A program made the translations under genes and the position numbers. Under the pieces are notes generated by a model. It saw only the letters and a list, made by a program, of their open reading frames with translations. It was not told the origin of the DNA and made no database searches. A stretch of DNA of 64,000 nt from Chiloscyllium plagiosum (taxonomy: Eukaryota). The DNA lies in the NCBI RefSeq assembly GCF_004010195.1, contig NC_057718.1, positions 101,156,629-101,220,628 on the forward strand, read 5' to 3'. Numbering within the stretch: position 1 is the stretch's first letter; each line of letters starts with the position of its first letter. Positions 35,161-47,935 of the stretch are shown here, piece after piece.

Positions 35161-36694
35161 TTAGTGCATATTACCAAGAGGTCAACTTCCTCCAAATTAG
35201 ATCAAGGTCTGTGCGTTGTTGCATGAGTTTCGATTGCCTAAAGTGACTGGAGAGAATTTTTGCAGATTTCTTTCCGAACTTCCTTGGGTGATAATTTTGG
35301 AATGGCCAGGCTCTAAGACCCTGCCTTGTTTCTGTAGCGTGTTCCACCAAGGTTGCCTTAAGTCCACATGAACCTTCGGGTTAAAAAGAAAAGGTCCAAA
35401 AGACTAAATGCTGCTGCATTCATTAAGAGTTGCTTTCAAACTTTGCTTGTTTGTGATGCCAGCATTTGTGAATAGGTGTTGTCGATGGATGGCAATGTCA
35501 GAAGGTTATTAGACCAAGCCTTGAGACCATTTATCTCCTCAAAGAAGTAGTTGGATCTTGAAAGCTATTTGATTCATGTGTCTGTCCATCCGCTGTTACA
35601 ACACATGCACAACTTATTCTTACCGGCAGTAGCACCAGTATTGCTCTTGATGATTCATACGAAGCCTCTTACCATATGGAAATATTTTCGGGGCATTTTT
35701 TTTCCCTGCGCTTTGTGTTTAGCAATGGAAGAATTGGCCCATAATAGTTGGCACGTGACGGATTTATTAGCACTGTGTGGATGTGCCTATACCGCAGGGA
35801 CTGCAGACACTCAATAAGGTAGCTCAGCACCACTGTTTCCAGGGCAATATATGCTGACCCAGCCATTGATGCTCACATCCCATGAAAGGATGCAAGAAAT
35901 AAATGGAAAGGAAATTTTACCCAGACGTTGGTGTAACTAATGAAACTTTTAAAAACAATTAAGGTGATTTCATCGTAAATCTTCCCCAAAGATACCAGCT
36001 GAGGCATCAGCTGTAATATATCTTGCTCCTGTGATTTATGTCTTGGCATTATTTTTCAAAAATCTGGTTTGATTTTTTATTTATTCAGACACCCGATTCC
36101 ATCTCTTATTGCAAAGCAGCGCAAATTCTTAGACATGCTGCTTGTCACATTGCTGATGAGCTCACATCGGTTCAAAGGCTCCTTGCGTAGTGAACAAAAA
36201 TTGATCATTGATGGTATAGTTACCAGACACGGCCATCAGAAACTGACATTTCTGTTTAAAAAGAAAACAGCACGTGTCTCCGTGAGCATGCGGGAAAATT
36301 GTGCACTCAAAATGAGTGGATCTCCTGTCATTTGGGAAGTCAGAAGCTGATACTGGAAGGGAAGACTTTTGTACAGGAAAGGCTGCATTGTCCCAGAGCC
36401 TACTCCGGTGTGACCATCAGATGGGCACGTTTGGGGTGATGATGAGGAACATTGTACAATACTGGTGAGGAAAGCCTAGGCACAAATTAGCCAGGTGATT
36501 CACACATGCTCCTGTAAAATGGCGTGAACTGAAATCTGTGGTTGCTGAATTTGTAGGTTCACACGATGTGACGTGTGCTTCTGTAAAGGAAGAAAAGTCT
36601 ACATTGAAGGCTGCTGCCACCATTGGCACTGCACACACATCCGCAGGGTTGGTTCACCGTAGGGCAAGAACTCCAAGTTTCTAGATTTTTAAAT

Positions 36695-36925
36695 GGGAAC
36701 ACCACCCTCTGCAAGTTCCACCCCAAGCCACTCACCATCCTGACTTGGAAATACACTGTCACTGGGTCAGAATCCTGGAAGTCCCTCCCTCAGGGCATTG
36801 TGAGTCTACATGGACTGCAGTAGTTCAAGGAGGCATGTCACCCCCCCACCTTCTTAAGGGCAATTAAGGACGGGCAATAAATGCTTGGCCCAGCCAGTGG
36901 TGCCCATGTGCTACAAGCGAATAAG
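36695..36925 (+). mobile_element. 3' end of partner LINE of SINE family B
   Basis: CCTGGAAGTCCCTCCCT..GGACTGCAG.AGTTCAAGGAGGC..CACCTTCTTAAGGGCAATTAAGGACGGGCAATAAATGC. Confidence 0.65.
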
Positions 36926-37044
36926 AGGGATGCAGCTTCCATGGATTAACCGCTCATGTGAAAACAAACCGCCACTCCCACCCACAGGCAAATGTAAACA
37001 CAAAATAGGAGCATGCCTTTCAATGCCTTGATCCTGCTACACTT

Positions 37045-38135
37045 TTCTATAGAGTCAGACAGTCATACAGCATGAAAACAGACCCTTCAATCCAACTCGG
37101 CAGGTCTGGAAGCATCTGTAAGGAGAGAAAAGAGCCGACGTTTCGAGTCTGACTGACCCTTTGTCAAAGCTTTGACAAAGGGTCAGTTAGATGCGAAACG
37201 TCAGCTCTTTTCTCTCCTTACAGATGCTGCCAGACCTGCTGAGATTTTCCAGCATTTTCTCTTTTGCCTTCAATCCAACTTGTCCACTCCAAATCATGTT
37301 TCCAAACTGAACTAGTCCCCCCTGCCTGCGTTTGGCCCGTATCCCTCCAAACATTTTTTTTTCATGTACTTATCCAAATGTCTTTTAAATGTTGTAACTG
37401 TACCTGCATTCACTCTTCCTCAAGGAGTTCATTTTACATGTGAACCACTCTCTGTAAAAAAAAATTACCCCTCATGTCCTCCTCAAAACTTTCTCCTCTC
37501 ACCTTAAAAAATATGCCCGCTTGTTTCAAACTCTTACACTCAAGGGAAAAGGGGCATGGATAATGCTATTCACATTATCCATGCCCCTCATGATTTTATA
37601 AACCTCTATAATGTCACCCCCTCAACCTCCTACGCTCCAGTGAAAAAAGTCCCACACTATCCAGCTTATTTTTATAACTCAAACCCACCATTCCTGGCAG
37701 CATCCTGGTAAATCTTTTCTGACCCTCTCCAGTTTAATAATATCCTTCCCGTAACAGGGTGATCAGAACTGGACACACAAGCGGCCTCACCAATGTCCTG
37801 TACAACCTCAACATGGCATTCCAATTGCTGTACTCAAAGGTCTGAGCAATGAAGGCAAGTGTTCTAAACACCTTCTTAACCACTCTGTCTATCTGTGATA
37901 CCAACTTCAAATAACCCCTGGGTGTCTCTGTTCTACAACAGCATCCAGGGCCCTACCATTAAATGTGTAAGTCCTGTCCTTGTTTGTTTTGCCAAAATGC
38001 AGTACATCACTTTTATGCAAATTAAACTCCATCAGCCCACGGACCCAATTGATCAAGACCCCTTTGTAATCATAGATGACCTTCTTTACTATCCACTACA
38101 GCACCAACTTTGGTGTCATCCACAAACTTACTAAC
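37045..38135 (-). mobile_element. CR1/HER1 3' region
   Basis: HER1 tail, RT C-terminus, and TTTGGTGTCATCCACAAACTTACT (SKFVDDTK on minus). Confidence 0.88.
37098..37266. mobile_element. family C palindrome with U3-A8 hammerhead variants
   Basis: 14-bp TSD CCTTCAATCCAACT (37084-37097, 37267-37280); symmetry axis at AGCT 37168-37171. Confidence 0.85.
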
Positions 38136-39559
38136 CAGGCCTCCTACAAGATCACACAAGATCAGATATCATTTGATTGTAACCTCAAATATCCATTCCT
38201 CGATAATATTTCACCCTATGGGCTTACTGTCTATGCACATGGAGAGTTGGATATGGAGAGGACTATGCTGCGCATGCAACGTATTGTACAATTGAGATTG
38301 TCAGGTACAGACTGAGGCCAGTCGAGATCCTCAGTGTTGGTTAAAGGCACTGATGTGTCACCTTCCTCCCAGCACTCTGGCAAGTGGAAGAAGGTGGTTT
38401 GAACGCGAGCTGCAAAATTGGACGATCCCGCTCCTGGAGGTGGAGAGCACCACTGGCCTCCTGGGAGGTGGGAGAGAGAATGAGACAAGACTTTTCTTGA
38501 CAATCATTGCTGCTTTCCTCTCAGTGAGTACCCCTTTAGTTCCAGAGTCACCCGCTTCTGCCATTAGACTTCCTGTCCTGGGTGTACACAGACAACATCA
38601 GTGCCACTGAATTCCTGTACCATTGCAGTGGCAGGAGATATAGTGTTTATAAAAATAAAAGAATGTAAATTTGCAAGGGCTAGCTCAATGCCTGGCTATC
38701 CAGATTGTAACAGGAGGCCTGTGCATTGAATCTGCTTCTCTCTCCCTGATTACCCTCACTCCTTTGCATCCTTCTTACTGATGAATTGTGTCTAACGAGG
38801 CAGATGACGGGAATCGGAAGATAGTACATTTCGCCTCTAACTCCAATGATTGCATCTAAGTTCAATCAGATGTAGTGGTTTTTGACAGATAAGACGTTGA
38901 CTGGAAAACCCGAGGAAGGTGCCATGGGGAACTGGGGATTTTCTTTTTGCTGATCAGCGCACAGTGTTATGTTCTTCACTCATCTCTCAACGGGGTATCT
39001 GCTGTTTTTGCCTGCCCAGGATTCTGTCTGAATCCCAATGTCATATTCATTATCGTTATACTGAAACTAATTGGCTGTTTCCTTGGAGGTATGGTCCAGT
39101 TGGGATGGATTTATTCCTGAGATTTCTGAACAACTTTGTTATAATTCTCGTGAATACGAAGGCAAACTGTGATAGCATAGCAAAACATTTTTATTGGGAT
39201 GAACATTGTACTTTGATTGAAAATTCATTCTAACGCCACAAGACCCATCTGTCTTTTGGAGTAGTCAATAAATTATTCCTGTGTAATGACTTTTACAACA
39301 GTCTTTAGATTTTCCCCTTTGCAAGTCTCCAGCATCTAATTCAACCGACTGCAGCCTCATTTGAGCAGACTGTGTCACCAATTAGACACAATTCTTGTTC
39401 AACACTTAATGGGAGCAAGGTTCGGAATCCAAAGGCTTTATTCCTACTGAGGACGATTGAATAGAGGAAAGTCACTAATGAATCCATTGGGGAATTCAGG
39501 GAAAACATTACACGCATGTAATCATTTGGATAAGGTCCCATTGGCTTTATCAGATTTTT

Positions 39560-40085
39560 TTCAAAAAATTCATTCACGGGATACGGGCATTGCTGGCTGG
39601 GCCAGCATTTATTGCCCATCCCTAATTGCCCGGAGGGCAGTTAAGAGTCAACCCACCTTGCTGTGGGTCTAAAGTCACATTTGGGCTAGACTGGGTAAAG
39701 ATGGCAGTTCCCGAAAGGACATTTGTAAACTAAATGAGTCTTTCCGATAATCAACAATGGATTCATGGTCATCGTCGGACTCTGAATTTCAGATCTCTTT
39801 CACTGAGTTCAGATCCTACCATCTGCCATGGCAATGTTTGACACCGGGACCACAGAACATTACTTGGGTCTCTGGATTAACTGCTGGAAAAACACAGCAG
39901 TTCAGGCAGGATCCTTCATTCCCGATGAAGGTCTTATGCCTGAAACATCGACTCACCTGCTCCTTGGATGCTACCTGACCTGCAGTGCTTTTCCAGTGTC
40001 ACCCTTTTCGACTTTGATCTCCAGCATCTGCAATCCTCACTTTCTCCTAGTCCAGCGGTAATACCACTAAGCCATTGCCTCCCCC
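39560..40085 (-). mobile_element. SINE family B interrupted by family A' palindrome at ~39882-40047
   Basis: GGCCAGCATTTATTGCCCATCCCTAATTGCCC...TAATACCACTAAGCCA. Confidence 0.8.
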
Positions 40086-40614
40086 AGTAATGGACATTAT
40101 TGACTGTATTTCAAAGAGCAGGAGAATGATCTCCTGTGTCCTGTCAAATGTTTGTTCCTTAATTAAGGTCAGGATAGAAGATGATCTGGTCATTGTCATA
40201 TTGATGTTTGTGGGAGCTTGTTGTATGCAAGTTGTCTGTAGTGTTTTCTACATTGCAAGAGTTGTCATAGTCTTACCAGATTGTAGGGCTATTCTCTCTT
40301 CAGAGAGAGATGACTGGTGATGGCTTAACTTGAGGCTCACACCCCTCAGGTGAGGTGAGAGATTGAGGAGAGTCCTTCATGGTAACCTCAACCAGTGACT
40401 GATGTCATGTGAAAAGTATTTTTTTTAGCAGTGAAGTGCTTGGAGAAGTCTGGTTGTCCGAGAAAGTGTTAGGTAAATGACGGTCAATTTTCTATTCCCC
40501 CAGTGTGGTGAGAATGTGGAGCTTATGACCACAGAAATGAATGACATAGAGAAATTTAAGAGGAAGCTGGATAAACGAATGGGGGAGAACAGACTAAAGG
40601 TTGTGCTGTAAGTT

Positions 40615-41200
40615 TTGATTTGATTTATTATCGTCACACGTACCTAGGTACAGTGAAAAGTTTTATTCTGCGTGCAGTACAGGCAGACCACCATAGCAAA
40701 CAAAGTGCATTAAAGTAATAGAATAGAGCGAGGAATACAATATTACAGCTTCAGAGAAGGTGCACAGAGAGCGAGATCAATATTAAATTAAAATTTGAGA
40801 GGTCCACCTAACAGTCTATTAACAGCAGGAAAGAAGCTGTTCTTGAATCTGTTGGTACGTGTGTTTGAGCTTTTGTATCTTCTGCTCGACAGAAGAGGGT
40901 GGAAGAGAGTATAATCAGGGTAGGCGGGGTCTTTAAGATGTTGGCTGCTTTTCTGAGCCTTCAGGAAGTGTAGATGGAGTCAATAGGTGGAAGGTTGGTT
41001 TGCATGGTGGACTGGGCTGTGTTCACAACTCTCTGTAGTTTCATATGGTCCTGGGCAGAGCAATTGCGGTACCAAACTGTGATGCAACGAGATAGAATGC
41101 TTTCTATGGTATATCTGTAAAGGTTGGTGAGAGTCCTTATGGATGTGCCAAATTTCCTTAGCCTCCTGAGGAGATAGAGACATTGTTGTGCTTTCTTGAC
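40615..41200 (-). mobile_element. Rex1/Babar LINE 3' coding end and tail
   Basis: Minus translation VKKAQQCLYLLRRLRKFGTSIRTLTNLYRYTIESILSRCITVWYRNC; (TCAAA)n tail. Confidence 0.85.
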
Positions 41201-42142
41201 TGTGGAGGTGAAGAGGGATGTGGAGCAAAACTAAAATCTAACCTGGATTGTTTGGGCTGAATGACCTTTGTTTATGTGGAAAGTTTTGTGTAACGGTTCA
41301 ATGGAATTTCAGATAAAGCTCAAAACAGCCAAGAGTGAGGAAATGTGAGTCAATCGATGCTGCATCCCAGGTTTGCAAACATTTCTTTGGAAGTCAACCT
41401 GATGTTGACTCATGCTGTGGAGCTGCTTGCTATGTGACAATGCTTGGGGTACAATCCACAGCGGTCCTGTGATTAAAAATAACACTGACCTGTTACGTAA
41501 GGCAGACAAGTTTATGCCCTTGAATTTTTGTGATCCAACGCAAAATAAAGATGCCCGATTGCAAAATGAACACATTAGTAATCAGTGTGTTTCTTCCATT
41601 GAAGGGTTGATGAGACAGAATGCTAGCGATAATCTGTAAAAGATTGTGATAAGTGCTTAAAGCAAATCTCCGGCTTTTTTGTTAAAAACACTGGCTGGTT
41701 AACAGCTGATCCTCACCACTTTAGGCTGTAATTTCTACTGGCATTATCCATTCACATCAGCGCCTGCTCGCATGTGCCCTACATTCTTGAAGAAGCTCCC
41801 ATTATCACAGCCATTCCCAATACTGCTGCAGCCTGCCCTTCCAGAGAGAATTGTCAGAGAAGCAACATGCTTTTGGTGATTGTTTTTGACAGCCCTCCAT
41901 ACCTGCAAACTGCAGCAGTTGAAGAATGTGTCATGTTACCAAAGTGTCTCTCTTTTGACTCAGAATCATATCTTCTTTCTAATTGTCATCATTTTTACTG
42001 CTCAGTGTAGCATTCTGTGTCAGAGGACAAAGGCAACGAAAGTAAGACTGGTACCCTTCATACATATACTGTTAAGGTAGCATTTGCTCACGATATTGTA
42101 AAGGTCCCTTGTTCAACTCAACATGATTGGGTTTTTTATGAG

Positions 42143-42600
42143 GGCTGAAAATGTGTTGCTGGAACAGCGCAGCAGGTCAGGCAGCATCCAGGGAACAGAA
42201 GAATCGACGTTTCGGGCATAAGCCCTTCTTCAGGAATGAGGAAAGTGTGTCCAGCAGGCTAAGATAAAAGGTAGGGAGGAGGGACTTGGGGGAGGGGCAT
42301 TGGAAATGCAATAGGTGGAAGGAGGTCAAGGTGAGGGTGATAGGNNNNNNNNNNNNNNNNNNNNNNNNNNNNNNNNAGTGTTGAGCCACATGGTGGTTGG
42401 GTTGGTTGGTCCGGGTGTCCCAGAGGTGTTCTCTGAAATGCTCCGCAAGTAGGCGGCCTGTCTCCCCAATATAGAGGAGGCCACATCGGGTGCAGAGGAT
42501 GCAATAGATGATGTGTGTGGAGGTGCAGGTGAATTTGTGGCAAATATGGAAGTTTCCTTTGGAGCCTTGGAGGGAGGTGAGGCGGGAGGTGTGGGGGACA
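42143..42600 (-). mobile_element. Penelope-like element 3' fragment: GIY-YIG endonuclease plus pLTR with hammerhead (42202-42237)
   Basis: Minus frame FHICHKFTCTSTHIIYCILCTRCGLLYIGETGRLLAEHFREHL; downstream ATTC-CTGAAGA-A-GGGC-TTAT-GCCC-GAAA-CGTC-GATT; N gap at 42345-42376. Confidence 0.88.
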
Positions 42601-42644
42601 AGTTGAGGTACACACTGAAGTATGCCAAAATATTACATCACAGA

Positions 42645-42852
42645 CTGGGGGTCAGATGGCTGGTTTATGATGCAGAGTGATGCTAACAGTGCAGGTTCAA
42701 TTCCTACACTGGCTGAGGTTACCGTGACAACCCCACCTTCTCAACCTCACCTGAGGTACGGCGACCCCTCAGGTTAAACCACCACCATCAGAGTCTCTCT
42801 CTGTCTGTAATGAGGGAACAGCTGTCTGGGATTATGGCAACTTTACCTTACC
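42645..42852 (+). mobile_element. SINE family E
   Basis: B-box GGTTCAATTCC; CCTCAGGTTAAACCACCACC; tail CTGGGATTATGGCAACTTTACC. Confidence 0.7.
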
Positions 42853-43814
42853 TCATAGAGGTGAGCAATTCTTCTACTGTTACAAGTCTTGTCACAAGTT
42901 CCCAATGAAAGCCGCATTTAGTAGGCAGAACTAAATACAGCAAGGCCTGTTGTCAGCAGCAATTGCTGCTTAGAAAAGACATTGTCCTGCCACATGCCTT
43001 TAGCAACCTGCTTATTGTGCCGTGTCATATTCCACTGTGGAGTGGTCCAATGCATTGGCAAACTAATGTACTGCCCCTTGGAGAGGATTTCACCTGAAAC
43101 GTTCACTTCTGCACCTCCAGATGCTGCCTGCCTTGCTGTGTTCTTCCAGCCTCCTGCCTATCTGCCTTAGGTGTATTGGGGCAGAGATGAGATTCTCATT
43201 ATGTAGTAACCAATGTGTTTTTATAAACACAGAGATTCTTGAGGGGAGAAATGTAAATTCCATCAAAGTGCAACTGAACCCCCATCGACCAACAGAAAAA
43301 TAATAGTGGAGGGAATCAGAACAAGGCATTTAGCTCTTTCGTCTCCTCAACTCTACCACCCTCTCTGATCTCTGCACTTCTTCAAATGTGATTGTGTTCA
43401 CATATTAGTTTTCATCATTCCAACATTACAAGGTACTCAGCTGCAAGCTCTGGATTGATCTCTCTAAACATCTCTACCTTTCTTTATCTATCTACCTACT
43501 CCTCTCTCTCCTTCCCTCTCTCTCTCTCTATCTCTCTCTTTTTGTGTTCTCCTGTAAGATGCTCCTGGACACTTGGATTTTCGATCCAGCTTTTGGTTGG
43601 ATCACCTGATGTGGCTCAGTCTGAAGTTGTGTTTGGTAATGGCTACACTGAGGTGCCTTGGGATTTTTTTTCAGGTTAAGAGGTACTTGATGAATGCAAG
43701 GTTTACTAGTGAACTAGTGTTCTGATAGTAAGGACTGGGAGAAGAGGGGAGAGCTGAAAGTTCACCCCTCTTTCTGCATCATTACATTGGCCAACATCCA
43801 CCCCTCAATCAACA

Positions 43815-44850
43815 CGGAAACATAGAAAAGGAACTGGAGTAAGCCGTTCAGCCCTATGAGTCTGCTATACTATTCTGGTCATCCAACTCAGACCCCTGTT
43901 TCCACTTTCTCCTCATACCCTTTGATCCCTTTATCCCCAAGAACTATATCCAACTCCTTCTTGAAAACATTCAATGGTTTGGCTTCAGCCACTATCCATG
44001 GCAAAGAATTCCAGAGGCTCACCACTCTCCTAAATGAAGAATTATTTCCTCATCTTGGTCCTAAACGGCCTACCCTGTATCCTTAGACTATGACCCCTGG
44101 TTCCGGACTCCCCAGTCATCGGGAACATACTTCCTGCATTTACCCTGTCTAGTCCTGTTCGGATTTCCCCCCCCCGCCCCCCGCCACTTGTTCTAAAGTC
44201 CAGTGAATATGGTCCTAACTGATCGATCCTGTCTTCATACATCAGTCCTGGTAAACCTTCATTGTGCACTCTCCATAGCCAGAACATCCTTCCTCAGGTA
44301 AAGTTAAAAAGCACAAAACACCAGGTTATAGTGCAACAGGTTTAATTTGAAGCACTAGCTCACTCCATAACCACCTGCTTCCAATTAAACCTGTTGGAAC
44401 TATAACCTGATGTTGTGTGATTTTTAACTTTGTCCACCCCAGTCCAACACCAGCATCTCCAAATCATTCCTCAGGTAAGGAGACCAAACTTACATACAGG
44501 ACTCCAGGTGTGGTATCACCGAGGCCCTGCCAAATTGCAGCATGATAGCCCTGCTCCTGTACTCAAATCCTCTCATTCTGAAGCCCACGTCTCCTTTGTC
44601 TTCCTCACGGCCTGCTGTCCCAGGTTGTTTATTTTGAGTGACTAGTGTACAAGATCACCACAGCCTCATTGCACTTTCCCTTTTCACAATCTACCTCCAT
44701 TCAGATCATAATCTGCCTTGGTATTTGCGCTGCCAAAGTGGATAGCCTCACATCTATTCAGCTTTTACTTCACCTGACATGAACTTTCCCAATCGCTCAT
44801 ATTGTCCAAATTACACTGTAGCATCCGCCTCACAGCTCACCCTCCCACCC
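43815..44850 (-). mobile_element. CR1 3' region with family B insert at 44302-44466
   Basis: ORF 44042..44287 GLDRVNAGSMFPMTGESGTRGHSL; 12-bp TSD TTCCTCAGGTAA (44290, 44467). Confidence 0.85.
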
Positions 44851-44859
44851 ATTGAACAT

Positions 44860-45040
44860 CTCTGAAACAATGTGCCTAGTCACGATCACATTGCTGCTTA
44901 TGGGATCTTGCTGTGCACAAACTAACTGCTGCATCTCTTTAGTTGCAATGGGGACTGTGCTGCAGAGAATTATTTCATTGGCTGTGATGTATAATGGGGA
45001 GATCCTGATGGGTTTATATGCAAATGCAAGTCTTTCTTTA
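44860..45040 (+). mobile_element. DeuSINE core and L2-like tail (5' part near 43750-43815)
   Basis: ATCACATTGCTGCTTATGGGATCTTGCTGTGCACAAAC...AAATGCAAGTCTTTCTT. Confidence 0.6.
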
Positions 45041-46637
45041 CTTTGGCTTCAAATTAGAAATTTCATAACGCAACGTTTTCTTGCAATGTCTGTCGTGTCT
45101 TGGAAGTAGCGAACAATCGCCCACACCCTTCCCAGAGCAGGAAACACAGAGGGAACTGATGGATGCTGGTACATACTGCTACACTTTACACTCACCGTAA
45201 CAACTGCAGTTCTTCTGATGTAGAATGAACATGTTTCATTGTATTCGTCACATAGCGTTACTGTGAGCAGAAGAACCCTATAAATAGCTCAACCTCTTGA
45301 AAGTCAACTTGATTTTGGATTGGCTAGTTTTACAGTTTCATCCTCCTTTCACACTCCTGAAGGCTTGCAATATAAAAGCAAATGAAGCAATGGTTAGAGA
45401 GGTGCCTTTTACTTGTGCTGTCGCACTATATCATCTCCTGACCATATATCAAATTCTCCTCAGGCAGAGAGCCCTCCACTACAGCAACACCAGCTCTGGA
45501 CACAGGGAGTCAAATTCAACTCGACACCTCAGCTTCAGTTCCTAATTGCTACACCTTGATTGACTTTGTCTAAAATTAACAGAAGCCAGGTGCTGCGGGT
45601 TGTGGCTAAAAAGCTCAGGAAATTGACAAGCTGTGTGTTTTGTTTTTTGTTACGCATCCCCTGCTGTGCTGTGCTGTGCCTGCCCGAGTAAGTTACCAGA
45701 AGAAGAAGGTGATCAGCTTTGGACTGGATGATCGATGGCAGCTCCCTGCTGCTGCGATGCCCCAGTTCCCTGCAGATGCATCACACAATGCAATATGATT
45801 TGTATTGCCGCCACAGCACCGGGAGAACCCTGACCGAGTCCTTCACCCCGACCCCTGAGCCCTTGCCACAATTAAAGATTTGTCTGGCGATTCAACAGCA
45901 TTGCCAAGGCCTGCCAACTAAATGCTGCAGGATGGAAGTATTCCTGGTTTTCCTGTGTTACACTGACTTGTTGCTTTCAAACAAGTAGGGTATTTAAAGA
46001 CACATCTTTATCAACACATGCTGTACATATTGTGGAACTGACTATTCTTAACATGGGTTCTGATGATCTATACAAAATGGCCACCAAGAGTCATGTGACT
46101 ATGGATTCAAGTAATGCTATGCCGTTTCAAAAATACAAACAGATCCATTCTAGGCTCAAGGATTCACTCCTTGTCTCCTGAATTTATCCAAAAACTTATT
46201 TTCTGTATTGACTGGGTCATTCTGAAACCATTATGGCACAATGGCATGCAGGGTAAATGTCTTTGAATATTATTCTGGGTTGTGGCTCTCTGGAAAAGGG
46301 GTCATTGATAGGCAACACTGTTGGTCTAATACTTCTGTTCTTTAAATGTTGAGTGTAACAAGAGACAACGCTGAATATGACCTCTTACAGGGTGGGGATG
46401 TTAGGTCTGGGTGGGATGCTTTTCAGAGGGTCGGTGTAGACTCAATGGGCTAAATGGCCTGCTTCTGCACTGTAGGGGTTCTATGATTCAAATTTGGTGA
46501 GTCCTTCCCAAGTCTGCTGGCATTTGACACCCCTCAAATCTGAGAGTTTAACCTTGCTTATTTCTAATAACCCAAAGACTTCCAGCCAACTTGTCCTAAT
46601 TTGAAAAGTTCTCAAACCAAATGCTTCAATCAATGTC

Positions 46638-46860
46638 AGAGCAAATTACTGCAGATGCTGGAATCTGAACTGAAAACAAAACATGCTGAAGATCACAGCG
46701 GGTCAGGCAGCATCCATGGAGAGAGAGCAAGCTAAGGTTTTGAGTCTAGATGACACTTCATCAGAGCATGAAGGGTCATCTAAGACTCGAAACCTTAGCT
46801 TGCTCTCTCTCCATCGATGCTGCCTGACCCGCTGTGATCTTCAGCATGTTTTGTCTTCTA
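46638..46860. mobile_element. family D palindrome, decayed hammerheads
   Basis: Arms GATCACAGCGGGTCAGGCAGCATC / GATGCTGCCTGACCCGCTGTGATC; centre ATGAAGGGTC..GACTCGAAAC. Confidence 0.8.
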
Positions 46861-47339
46861 CCAAGGTGATTTGTTCTCTGAACTGCCCTGAGTTCTTTCC
46901 AGTAAAGAAACTAAGCCTTCTTTTGAACTCAACCTTGGTGTTTTCTAAACTGAAAAGAATTACCTTTTGACTTCACTGTGGTGTTGTCTGAATTGATCTA
47001 AAAGCAAAACTAATGGATTTCTATGTTTGCTTCACCTGTCATAAATCCAACAGTACAAGCAATATTCCATTATCAACACAGGGCTATGCAGTCACCTGCT
47101 TTTTAATACAATTCAATCACTGTTAATGAAAATTGCTCTGATCTGTTTTCTTCAAAGAAAATCCCTCACCGATGGAATCAATACCCATCTGTTTGAAATA
47201 TCCTAAAAGTACAAATAAACACAGGTAAATTATGCACCTTTCATCTCAGCTGGCGCTTATAACCCTCTGCTTCCACCTTCAAGGTCAATCATAGAGACGA
47301 TACAGCATCCGACACCGGTGCAAAAAGCATTAGAGATGT

Positions 47340-47935
47340 GATGGCCTAGTGGTATTATCGGCAGACTGGTATTCCAGAGAGCGAAAGTGAGAACTGCAGA
47401 TGCTGGAGATCAGAGTCAAGATTAGAGTGGTGCTGGAAAAGCACAGCAGGTCTTTCAGCATCCGAGGAGCAGGAGAATTGACGTTTCGGGTAAAAGCACT
47501 TCATCAGCAATGAGCCCATCCTGATGAAGGGCTTTTTGCCCGAAACATCGATTTTCCTGCTCCTCGGATGCTGCCTGACCTGCTGTAATTTTCCTGCAAC
47601 ACTCTAATCTTGAAACTGGTAATCCAGAGATCCAGGTAATATTTTGGGGAACTCTGGTTTGAATCTCACCATGACAAATGATGGAATTTGTAATCAATGA
47701 AAATCTGGAATTATGACTCTAATGATGATCATGAAACAATTGTCAGGAAAAACCCATCTGGTTCACTGATGTCCTTTAGAGAAGGAAATTTCCATCCTCA
47801 TCCTGGTCTGGACTACATGTGACCCCAGACCCACAGCAATGTGGTTGACTCTTAACTGCCATCTGGGCAATCAGGGGTTGGCAATGCTAAATGCTGACCT
47901 AGCCAATGATGCCAATCCTGGGAGTTAAAAAAAAG
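47340..47935 (+). mobile_element. SINE family B with family A' palindrome at 47381-47614
   Basis: TSD ACTGGTA(T/A)TCCAGAGA (47365, 47615); core ATC-CTGATGA-A-GGGC-TTTTT-GCCC-GAAA-CATC-GAT. Confidence 0.85.

Noticed and set aside
38231..38610. Overlapping GC-richer ORFs as a host exon or Harbinger Myb-like gene
   Set aside because: No recognisable motif or convincing splice sites.
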